The notes under the pieces are model-generated. The model made no database searches, was not told the origin of the DNA, and saw only the letters and a list, made by a program, of their open reading frames with translations. The position numbers were made by a program, and so were the translations under genes. Shown one piece after another: positions 13,526-25,350 of a stretch of 64,000 nucleotides of DNA; the first letter of the stretch is position 1, and each line of letters starts with the position of its first letter. The stretch is from assembly GCA_004022145.1 (NCBI GenBank), contig RCNU01000002.1. One strand, given 5' to 3'. This DNA is from Paecilomyces variotii (taxonomy: Eukaryota).

Positions 13526-14134
13526 AAATGCTCGCAGCTGAATCGAGAGAGATTCATGTAGTATAATATGTATGAATATTGAAGTATTGTGATCAAATGG
13601 TTATTATCAAAACCTTTTTGTGGGCGTATGCTTCTTGCTGAGAGCTGGCGAAGCTTGCAAGTGGTAGTGGGGCATAACAAGTACGGCTGGATTTAAAGAC
13701 GCTTCTCAACCCCGCGGGTGTTTATGGGTGCTGAGAATGAACACCGGTACCAGGTCACGAAGAACACGATGCCTATCTTCCAAAGAAAATTCACGTTAGG
13801 TTATCTTACTACGTTTAAGGTATTGACTGCTAGCGCTGATCCTCGCTCTTCAATTATAGTTGAGAGCCCACATCAAGGTGAGGCAAGAGGCATTCATTGT
13901 ACATACGCGCATAAAAATCCGCTCAGTCTTACTAAAACCACTTCTGTCAAGAACTATGCATGAAACCGACTGCGGCAGGCGATACAGAGATCGTAAGTGA
14001 CCTTCAGCATCATCGTATATAGTAGATTTATGTAGGACGCAAGATCATCTTTCATTTCGTTAATTGCGCCTCGCATGATTTCATGACTCTACCATATTAC
14101 AAGGCTAGTGAACACCGATGCCGATACGTATCCA

Positions 14135-15207
14135 TCATAGATTAGTCAGATAATCTTCAATCTCCTCTTTGCTCAGTTTCCTGAATCGGGGACCTCTTGC
14201 CCCATCAACACCCTCGTATCCCAGCAAATGATCAGCGGGAGGACCGACGATACCTATTTGCTTGTGAGTCTTGTACTCCTTTTCATGGAGGGCTGGTTCC
14301 TTACCAATCTCGATGGTCTCGCCATTCATTTCACCCTCGATGGTCTCCTTCAGGGTGAGAAGAGCAATGTGAATAGCATCTTCGAGCTCCAGTCCCTCAG
14401 TGTACCGCTTTTCCAGGAAAGTCTTCGCACTTGTGGCATGCTTTCCAATAGCGGTAGCCTTCCACGGGAAGTAGCTTCCACTCGGGTCAACTTGGTACAG
14501 ACTAGGTCCACCTTTCAGGATTCCACCCGTCTTCCCCGAGACCTTTTTAACCTCACCCTCCGCCTCTATTTGCTTTTCCCCCGTCTCTGGCTCGATACCC
14601 TCATCCCAGCCTGCAATGAGTAAGCTGACACCGTAGGGCCGGACACCACCAGATTGCGTAGCTTCCTGGACAACACGAGCGACATCCTGGACCAGTATTC
14701 GGGTAGGAGGATATTCATTGTAGATCCGCTTGTAGCCAGTGTGGGACACCTTGCGTGCTTTGTCGACAAGCACACGGTAGTCAGGGCCCATCCCCGAGTA
14801 GACCACGCCAATGTCAGGTGTGATCAAGGAGACTTTAGAAAGAGAGGGTGGGTCAATCAGTGGCGAGGATGACTTCTTTTCTGTAGCAAGTACGACACCG
14901 TTTGTGGCTGGAAGGGCACAGTATCATTAGCTACTACTGCTGCCATCTAACAGGGAATGGACGGGACCAGCAATACCTTTGATGCCCAGAGCAGTTACAC
15001 CCTGGTTGACAGCGTTCAGAGCATATTCTGTATTCATCAGTAAATATCCAATCACCAATTATGGACATATATTATAGCCGACTAACCGATCTGCACCAGC
15101 TTTCCGCTATAAGCTCTTAGTTAGCATGTAGGACCTCAAAGCTGCGCGGGCGGGAGCTCTAACCTGGGAGAGAAAGTTGTCAAGGAGAATGAGTAGCGGT
15201 CCGCCAT
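14135..15207 (-). CDS. PRE8: 20S proteasome alpha-2 subunit, 5 exons
   Basis: [50 protein letters not shown]...[16 protein letters not shown]. Confidence 0.96.
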
Positions 15208-15643
15208 GGGGATGACTTGAGTTCGACGCCCTTCAAAATAATTCTCACGGTGTCGATCGGAAAGCTGGGGGTAATCAGCGAGGGGAGAGGTGTTGAGGTG
15301 AAGCTGAAGCTCCGTCCGTCAGTGACAAGTACGGCAACAGGCGACAAGGCGTTGACGCGGTAGCCAGCAATGCCAAGCCGCGCCTGGGCACTGATGTTAG
15401 ACGAGCGGCTAGCATCCCTTTCCGGTATGGTCATCGTGGAGCTTTCCTCCACCGCCACACAAGAATCGTGCTGCGGCTTCGATCCTTTTCTTTTCTTCGT
15501 CAAGAATCGCAGAGTTTCCTACGAATGCAGGGTTTTCTGCAGGCCGTGTCTCGGCTGCTATCTATGCAGCTAATGGTGCTAGCATGCGCAGTTCCTGAGA
15601 GACTATAGCTATCGTCTTCATTGTCTTGCTCTCATTATTGGAG

Positions 15644-16683
15644 ATGGATTTCTCTGCACCAAAGCAGGAGCCTGAGCAGGAGCTTGCACGGGGATGGCCA
15701 GAAGGCGCATCTTCGACTTCGCAGCACGGTAACCCTGAGGGTGGCCCTGAAACTACCGATACAGCAGACAGATCTAGCGATCCTTCGCAGCCCGAACCTC
15801 AAAGTTACTATCTTCCTAGGACGTGTCGCATTTGCTTGGACTCCGTGCCTCCCACATTGCAACCTTCTTCTGAAAATCTTCCTGGTTTTCTCCAATCGAA
15901 ACCGCGTGTGACGTACGTGTCACCTGATCCTGAATTAGGTCGATTGCTGCGACCTTGCAGGTGCAAGGGCTCCTCCAGATACGTCCATGAAGGCTGTCTA
16001 CGTTCGTGGCGACATGCGGATCCCGCTTATGGGAAACGCACTTACTGGCAATGTCCCACTTGCGGGTTCCAGTATAGGCTGGAGCGCGTAACATGGGCTC
16101 GCTGGATCAGTAGTAATGCGACTCAGATCGGCTTGACACTGGCTATATTGATGTTCACTGTATTCTTGTTAGGTTTTATTGCTGACCCCATTATTAATCT
16201 TTACATTGAACCGCTGGAGAGGATTTATCCTGCAGATGTGGGAGAACCAGATTTTCTTGGAGAACTGCAGACAGAAGGAACGTCTTCCTGGTTCCAGCAC
16301 TTCGCCAAAGGTTTAGCATCTCTAGGGTTTCTGTCCTTTATCAAAGTGTTCTTCGCAATGTCTCCTTGGCAATGGGGTGGACTACGCAGTCTCGGCTTAG
16401 TTAGCAGTGGTGGCAGGTCGACCGGACGGAATCGAGTCGCTTCCATCAGCTGGGCCGTAATTCTTATCGGTGTTTGCAGCTTCCTCTGGGTAAGTCTGCT
16501 CCTGGTTATGGTTGTACTGTCGCTGATGTCCAATAGGCCGTATTCAAAGGCGTTAGAGCCTGGTGTCGCCGTGCTCTGGAAAAGGCAGGCGAACGCGTTA
16601 TGGACGTTCCATTGCCTGATGATGAAGATGAAGATGAAGCCCGTTCCTCCCCAAGCGAAGAACGCTCCAAAAAAGCCGAGTGA
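15644..16683 (+). CDS. RING-CH (RINGv/MARCH-type) membrane E3 ubiquitin ligase, 2 exons
   Basis: CRIC...PCRCKGSSRYVHEGCL..W...CPTC (C4HC3) followed by TM segments. A GTAAGT..AATAG intron near 16490-16536 gives the C-terminus AVFKGVRAW...KKAE*. Confidence 0.88.
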
Positions 16684-18396
16684 TAGATGTACATGGATCT
16701 GGAATTCGCTTGCCTTTTTTTACGGCCGTCAGAAAAATGTGTCTAATCCTGACCGCACAACTTAAGTTGTCATACTCCTTTCAATGAGGTGCCAATTAGT
16801 CAATGTGCGAACATCTGCCTAAGTCCTCGTGACCCCCCGGCCTGCTGTTCCTGAGGCGGTACTTGGATTTGGACGTTTTGTTCTTATCCATTTCAGTCTG
16901 CTTTCGGACAAGGTCGGGGGAGGACCGGGCCGCATTCGAATCGGTGATGGTACGCTCAGCGACTCTCGCTACTCTTAGTGACGGGAGACGTGTCAGTAAG
17001 CGCATCTACGATTGGGGTGCGGTAAATACCTCCCCTATAGCATACCTTCTATAATGAACTTGATATCGATAATTAGCAATAAGTCTAAGCACCATCTCTT
17101 CTCTTTGTACAGTGTAGGCGCAACGTATAGGTCGTGATTATAAACCATTCCTCGATGTTTTCCGGCTGGATTTAGCAGACCATGCCAGTTCTTGAGAACT
17201 AGCATGAGCTCTGACTCCTTACCGTGGACGAAAAATGCCTATTCTCGATGTCTCTAGTCCGCATGCTTGAATGGTTAAAACAGGTTGTAGATACACTCCA
17301 GACAATTTGGGCATGTCTCCTCATCCTATTGTATCTAAGGCCATTTCCGCTGAAGAATATTTGTCTCCATCCTCCTGCTTTGGTCGTTTTCTCTGGAGAT
17401 CTTTCAAGGAGAGATCTGTATGGGTCTACGCTTTTCACGGAACTGAATTCAGACAGGAGGCAATGCTTTGATGTGCGTGTGGATGGACGCTTTTTGAAAG
17501 TATCTTCATGTTGCTCGTAGCTAGTTATGCGTCAAAGTTTCTCAACTATCTATGTCACAGAACAAGCAGCTATGTTCTGTGAATATCGAAGGCTCATCTA
17601 TTCTACGAGGACTGATTTTATCGAGCTTGTTAGAGGCCAGCATCATGATTCGAAACAAGTACTCAAAAGTCTCAATCTTTCCTCTAGAGATGTCACGCTG
17701 TTCCGCTGGGGCTTCTTCCGTAAAGAGGGGCCTCGTCTTATATGGCAAATTTGGAGTATTCCGCAGCGCTGACTGAAGCGGCCAAATCTAGGGCTTGGAA
17801 CAGAGGGAGGGGAAGTAATGTTAGTTTTCACTTGCTCCTAGTCTTCTAGGAGGTATAGACCCAAGGCTTTCTTTTATCAGCTCGTCGTAGTTGATTGTCC
17901 TGCTTTCAATATCTTCTGCTGCCAGCGTAGATGGAATACCAAATTATATCCTTTAATGTCATAGGAACTTAGACTTATAATTCTCTTGAAAGAAATGAGG
18001 AATATACCCAATACTGTAGGAATTGGGTTCATAAGAAAACATGATTCACGGCCAGATGGACATAGTTACTTATATGTGCAGCGGACTCCCGACATTACAT
18101 GCGAGCAAAGTGAAAGTCTTCTAGGACCTTCGTGCCCAAGAACACATCAAGACATCTCAAGAAGGAACTCTCACTTATTCACTTACTTAACTCTTCGTAT
18201 GACTGTCCTCTTCACTCGTGAACTGATAATCACGACCAACACCCTGGGCTCCTTTACATGCGCGATCTCTTCGTGAAACCGTGCATGCAGTGGTAATAGC
18301 CGTCAATTTTCGTGCTCCTGATAACGCGTCTTTTCTCATCTATACTCATATCGTGTTATTTTGAAGCTGAGAATATCCTGTGTTCTTTCAGGCAAA

Positions 18397-19739
18397 ATGG
18401 AAGAAGCTGAAAAGGACATTTCTGAGCATACACTCAAACCAGATGACGCATCTGACCGCACTGTTGTTCTGAACGAGAATGAAGGGAATGAAGGCAAAGA
18501 GCTCAACTATACTTTGCTTGATGCGATCGATAAATCTTCAAGCGCCAGCGACCGTGGCTATTCGAATTCAGACAAAGATGAAGACTCTGAGCCCTTCCCT
18601 GACTATGATGAGTCTTGTGGCCAGTACGACCGCGGGGATATTGAAATGCTGCTGAATATAAAAGAACAAGAAGAAGCCTACAATAGAGCCATTTCAAAGG
18701 TCGTCGAAGAGGTGATTCGTTTCCGTGAAATCGATGCTCGGATCGCAACCCTATCGTCCTCCATGTACGATGCCACTCGTGCTTCTAACGAAGCGCAAGG
18801 ATACCCATTCGCAGTCAGACATTGGGGTTCCCAGTCCACTGAGGCAATTGATACCACTGCAGCAGAGACTGTAGAGAACAATGATGAGACACGAGGAATA
18901 GTCGACGAAATCAGAGTATCACTCGCCAATCCGGACCTCAAGGAAAGCACCAGGGAGTACTTCATCGCCATGACAGACATGGTTCTTCACATGAATATGC
19001 TTCTGTTTCCGACGCCTGCGATTCCGGTCTATCCCACAGAGCACCTGACCGATTTGATACTTGTCAGAGCAACTAATATTGCTTTGCATCTGACCGAATA
19101 CCTTCTGGTAATGAAAAAGCAACTCAAGGGACATATCGACAACGCCAAAAAGGTCGACCGTACCCTTTCTAGAGACATGAGAGATCGCAGCATTCAAACT
19201 CATGTGGCCTTTCGCCATGTTCTTCATGTCGTGAAAAAGTAAGCTTAAAAATAAATCCCCTTGCCTAGCTTCATTGCCACGTACAGCCGATATTGTCCTG
19301 AAGAGCGTACTGACATCAGCCAACAAGATACTTGAATCCTCCTGATCCGTTGGAGAAAAGGCTGCTTTCGCTTTTCTTCGAGCTTTATGATACCTATGTC
19401 TATTCCGCCTTTCTTAACATGCGGCCTTTACTTCAGACAGAAGTCGAGCTTGCCGATGAAAAGAGGGAACTATCTCGAGTTCTCGTTTCACTGTGGGACG
19501 TCATAAACCAGGATATCGAAAAATACGACGAGTATGACAACAGAGCGAAGGCGATAAAATGCCGCTACATCGACGCGCTCGGGGCAAAGCTGAAGAACGA
19601 GTCTCCAGAGGCGTGGCAGAAATTTTGGGAAAGCCAGCGCAAGTCAACATCCAGAGAGGGACTTCAGGAGCCAGCCCCAGGAGCCGGAATTGAGCTCGGA
19701 GGTAGCGAGCCTTTTGTCATTCCCGGAGGATTTATCTAA
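18397..19739 (+). CDS. Hypothetical acidic/helical protein, 2 exons (intron from about 19239 to 19327)
   Basis: The 293-aa and 135-aa ORFs join in frame across GTAAGC..CTGAC..AAG (VVKK YLNPPDP). No recognised motif. Confidence 0.65.
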
Positions 19740-21051
19740 ATGAGCTTGTCAGCCGTCTCTTGTGGTGTTCAAGGACCCGGCCGGTATTTTCATACGAGCA
19801 AGGAGCCCACCTGCTGCATATGGTCAGGAATGGTGATTAATTTTTGCTGGACATAGGTTCTCTGTACTGTTGTACACATCGCTTGTAAATTGTGAATTCA
19901 AGTGAAGAGAGACCGAAAGCTCCGCAAATACGTCCCCCAGTGTTCATGCTCATTCACAGAACTGCAGACCAGACTTTCCGCAAGACATGAACTGAACAAT
20001 CAGCGTGTAATATCCGCTTTCCCACATGGTATAATAATGCCTATCACTTTGTCTTTCAGGATTCATCCTCCAATTCAAGCTCTGTTACATCAACCTCTAT
20101 CATTATCTCAGGAAATAATCAAACTTTTATCCTTTTATTTCTACTTCATCTTTTACTGTAATTGCGGCTTTAAATTGAGCTCCCACTATACAGCGCATAT
20201 TTCTGCTTCAATCTTCCAGGCTAAAGCTCTTGACCTTCTAGATACCCACTTTCGAGTATCTCGCGCGCTATGAGGCGAACATTTGAATCTAGTTTTATGA
20301 CTTCGACTAAGAAAGGAATGTTACACATACGATACATCGGACGGACACTTGAAGATTACGGACAGCTTAATTATACTATACTGCGAGTCGGGGAAATATT
20401 CTAACTTCAAAAGCCACCATTGCCTGGGGTTCGGTTTTCATTTCTCGCATGGGGAATCAATCACTTCTATCAAGTGGTTACAGATGAGCTCTCCTCGTTT
20501 TTAGCGTCTGGCACGTAACTACAGTCTAGGCTTTACACTGCTGAATAATATACAACGAAGGTGTTTGACATTGAATTGCATTGCATAATACGTATTTCTT
20601 CTGCGGTAAAACTAGCTACGCTGACACGTGATATCTATTCATGCTACATAGCATTTGCATCAGGTATCTGCAGACAACCTGAATCGCCTACTTACCATAG
20701 TATCAGTTACAGCCCTGTTATATGCAACATCTGCCGCATTCTGGAGTACCTATAGAAAATCTTGTTCCGTCAGCTTTGATCAAAGCATCGCAATATAATG
20801 ATTGGACAAAGTGACATGGCAGTGCCAGATAAGGGGAAAAGGAATTGCTCTCAGACAGCAGTTGGAACGATTGACTATCCGCACGTTTTATAAACTAGGA
20901 ACAGGTCTGTGTGAAATCTTGCTTCATCATTGGAATAGCAGTGGGTATCGTCGAGGAAATCAAATAAGAGAAAGGAGAGTAAGAAGTTGGGATATGGCTT
21001 ACCTGTAACAAGATGTGGAGCAGTGAGAGTGGTCAGCTACGATAAACCAAC

Positions 21052-21953
21052 TCAAGGACTGTCAGTGGTACGGAAAAAGCCGTCCAGAGTCCGCTGTCGC
21101 TGGTCGTGGGTAGCGCTGCCAATACCACCACCGGTGCGGCGCAGGTCAAGAAGATGAGATCTGCTGTTCACACTTAGAATAACCATCTGCCAACGAGAGA
21201 ACGTAGCCATAGGCGGAGCTGGTTGTGACAAGGTGCCACTAGCTGTGATGAGGGGCTTTGGTCGCATATCCAGCTCCATGAAGCCAGTATTTGACCAAAC
21301 CGGCGTCAACGGAGAGCCTGGTGGAATCCCGCTAGTGTCGACGTCAGGGCTGATGAAGATATCAGCCGGATCGAATAGATCAGCAATGCACTTCCAAAGC
21401 ACACGAAGAATAATCCCGTGAGCAACGACTGCGACAACTTCCTCCTCCGGAGAATTTCCCAACAACAATGGCAAGATATAGTCACGCAGGAAGGAAGTAG
21501 CCCGCGCTCTCATGGAGTCTTCCGATTCCTCTTCCATGTAAGACGGGCCCGTTACCGGTTCCGCTTTACTGGGAGTATTCCGGGATGTCGAAGCACGCGG
21601 CTTCCATCTCGTGCCTTCCAGTGATCCAAAGTGTTGCTCCTGCAAGAGAGGTGTCTGCATTGGCGCCAGTGAACGATTCCCAAGCTGCTGCTGACAGAGC
21701 CCCGTCGCGGTCAATCTTGCTCGCTGTAAGTCCGAAGAGAAAACTCGTGTGAACTGCACTGGTCGATCCCGGAAGTACTGAGCTAGCCGCTGAATCTGGA
21801 TGACTCCATGGTTTGTCAGACCTGAGTCTGTTGCACCAGCACTGCAGACAAACAGCCCGCGTCAGCTGCGGCCAACCGAGATCCGCGGAGACTGTACCAT
21901 GCTTGCTTCACATTATGCTCAGTCTCAGCGTGGCGGATGAGAAAGAGCTTCAT
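21052..21953 (-). CDS. Histidine phosphatase / phosphoglycerate mutase family protein, 2 exons
   Basis: MKLFLIRHAETEHN (RHG-type motif), DSGLTNHG, SSDLQRA, EQHFGSLEG, VVAHG. Confidence 0.88.
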
Positions 21954-22364
21954 CTTGAAGGTTCCTTTGGTCTGTATCCAACACCATAGCTCGCAGCTAT
22001 TCCATGCAATGCGGAAAACTGAGAGTCATGTGTGGGGAGAAAAATGAAGAAAAAAATTGAGAATTGGCGAGACTTTATAGGTATGGGGCGGGGGATTCGC
22101 TAGTTAGCGGCAGACGAAGGCCGGCCAGTGAACCAACCATGACGGCAGGATTCCGCCAAAAGATCGAAAATCTTCTAGCTGGGGGGTCGATTATTCGGAA
22201 GTTCCAGATCACATTCTTTTGTTCGCATTTTGCTTGATTCCGGTCTCTGGCTGGGGTCTACAAAAAGGATCTACCGTACTGGGTTTCGATCTTTCTTCCT
22301 TGTTCAAACAAAGCACCAAATAGGTCCATTATTTGTCGCGTGCTTCACTATCAATTCTAAGAAC

Positions 22365-23514
22365 ATGGAGGCAAAAATGGCAGCTGTCCCAGAGAGCACC
22401 GGAATCCCTCCCCAGAGTGCGTATCACTTGCACTCAGTCAATTACATTCAGCGCTTTGCAGCCGCTAACGATTTACTTAATAGCTCCCAGATCGCCGTTC
22501 CAGACTGGGGTCAGAACGTCAGGCCGTGCTTTCAACTCCCCCAACTGGCGTATGAAATCGGAGGAGAGCCCCGGTGCTCAGAGCCCTAGATCTCCTAGCC
22601 ACCAGACGAACAGCTCGCGATCGCCATTCAGCAGATCTACCACGAATGTCCCGCAGTCCATCTCTGAGGGAAGGCGTCTGTATGTCGGTAACATGCCATA
22701 TTCGGCCAAGGCGGAGGATGTGGAAACCCTCTTCCCGAGAGATGAATACCAAATGTGTGATGATCTCTTCTGATAGAATATACTCTCAACTGACTGTGTG
22801 AACAGCGAACGCATTGATATCTCCATCGACCCTTTCACCGGCCGTAACCCCTCTTACTGCTTCGTCGAGTTGGCGACCAAGGAACAAGCTGATCGCGCGA
22901 TGACTGAATTGGCCGGAAAGGACCTCCTTGGTCGTCCCGTTAAGATCAGGCCAGGAGTTGCCAAGTCGTCCAACGACCGCTCGCTGCCTAGGGGTGAGAG
23001 TTCTCCAAGGACCGAAAAGACTGCAGCTCCATTTGCTTTCGACCGCTGGCAGAGGAATGATGCTTCAAGTCACTTCAAGGGCTACAGTGAGCAGGGCCGT
23101 CGTCTGTATGTCGGAGGACTGCCCAGACCGGTAAACCAGCCATCAGTGGACGCTGAAATCCGCAAATTCTTCGACGGATTCAACGTGTATGTCTCCCTGT
23201 CCTTCTTCTGATCTTTCGAATTGAGCAATATTCTTACTCTCAACAGCGAAGCTATCAGCAAGGTCATTTCACCTCATTTGTCTAAGCGATTCGAGCCTGG
23301 CGACCACTACTACCTCTTCGTTGATCTTGGCAGCACCGAAGAAGCCCTGGCCGCTATGAATACCCTGGATGGACGCGACGGCCCCTGGGGCGGCAAGCTC
23401 AAGGTTAGAAGGGCCAAAGGCGAGTCCGTCAAGGTTGATGAGAGGAGCAAGTTGACTGCTTCTCACGGGACCCAGCTCCCTTCTGCCGCTGGTGAAGCTG
23501 CTGCGGCTGCCTGA
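22365..23514 (+). CDS. RNA-binding protein with two RRM domains, 4 exons
   Basis: RNP2/RNP1 motifs RLYVGNMP..SYCFVEL and RLYVGGLP..YYLFVDL. Introns have canonical branch sites. Confidence 0.85.
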
Positions 23515-25350
23515 GAGTAGTATTTCACTGTCGAGTACAGAGCCTATCATCACTGATATTCATGTACGGGACTAAAACTGCGACTATCATCGATACCCAG
23601 CCCAGCCCTGCCGCCATTGAAACCACTTCGGGCGGCCACTACCAACGAATTAAACATTCAAGGAGCGTGCTGGCGATATCATGACTAAAATCCCAAGTAT
23701 GTTGGGAATTCATCCCGTCTTGGTCTCGCTACTCAGGCTATGAGCTTTAGCGGAGCCCCAGGAGGGCCGGCAGGAATGGCAAAGAGGAAACAAGAACACA
23801 AAATTTGATATCATCACTGACATAGCCAAGATAAAAGCGAGCGCTTCATGTGCATAATACCCTGTGTCTATATGAGACGACACAAAATGCTGGGCCTGCT
23901 TCATACCTTTGTTGAGGCACAACAAAAAAAAGTCATAGAAGAATAGCATATCGTAATCCATTCTGATCGACCACCGATATAGTCTCCATCGCAATATTTG
24001 TCCCAACCTTTACTTAAGCCAAATTGCGTGAAATCTCCTAGAATATGAAGCTAAAACATGCAGCCTTTTTTTTCGGTCTCAAGAATCTAGATTTTCTTAG
24101 TTTCCTCTCGGGAAATAACGGGAGAGAAGATCTGTAGTATAGAGTGGGCCTGCCTAAAAATGGATCGCAACGCCGCCTGGAAGTCTAGGTGGGGACTGAG
24201 ATACTATTAGCATTAATAATAATGCACCAGGGTGACTGTAAGGAATAAGAATTCATAATAGAAATCAAATGATGGAGAGTATGTGACATATTATAAAGGA
24301 GTTTGCTGTTAATTGAGAGGCAAAACCTGATGCTGTAGTAGGTTATAACAGGAAGTGGTTTTACTCTATTATTTTCACAAGTGGGAAGATTGCAAGAAAA
24401 CTTCCATTAATTGCATTTTCTGAGGTATTGCTGTCTCATTTTAGACGTTTCGCTTCTGTCTTTCTAGTAAACTAAGCCCGGTGAGCTCTAAGGGAAAGCC
24501 CCAGTTGCCACCATAACGACTGAGAATGATACCGGACTTCGCAAACTTAACCTTAGTAGGCTTGCTAGAAAACAGCCTGGACTTTGGAGATAACATAGTT
24601 TATGCAGCATTGGCAAATATTTAGACCTAGATGACTCGACCAATGACGCATACTGTACGGATACCATGGTTTGCTTGCCAACTGCTGCTCTCAGCCCTGT
24701 CGAATCCTGCCGGACAAACTGGCGAACCTAAGCTTTGGACATGCAGGTATCCTGCCTGTATGTACCTCTATGCTTGCACTCTAGATATGTTTGCTTGGCC
24801 CTCGTGTCCAGAACTATATTGCTTGGTGTGGCTGTATAGGAGGGGGTATGATAACAAGTTGATTGCCACAGTTGTGCTTTTCCGCGTAGGGACGGAACTT
24901 TAAAAGCTCTAGAGAATGCTGACCAGAAGAAGAAATCATTGAGTTATCCTTGCACTTGTCAGATTGTATCGTGCATTATTACTATCATTATCCAACTCAA
25001 GTTGGTATCTTTGCTGTTGCCGCTGCCCAGCACATAAAGCAGGGCAAAAAAGACCCCCGCGGCGGTGACGTTGACCGCATACTTAGGCGAATTGATATCA
25101 ACGGGCCCGACTACTTCTGAGAAAAGCTCCGTATCTTTCCTGCTAAATAATTAACTAATACTCAACAACAACCCTGTACTCCTACATCGGTCCGATCTCA
25201 ACTTTTCGGAGTTATCGCAGCACTCCGAGACTTAGCTAAAGCTTGTCCGGTTTCTGATTCTTCCCGACCTGTCATCGGTCGGTTGAGGTTGTTTTGCGTG
25301 GTCGTCAATTTTGACTGTACAGGTACTTCGCTATCGACCAGACCGTCATC

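Noticed and set aside
17199..17831. Cluster of short ORFs on both strands, a possible gene relic
   Set aside because: No consistent frame, splice pattern or motif that I could support.
23600..25300. AT-richer intergenic stretch as a possible transposon remnant
   Set aside because: No terminal repeats, TSD or transposase/RT-like translation seen.
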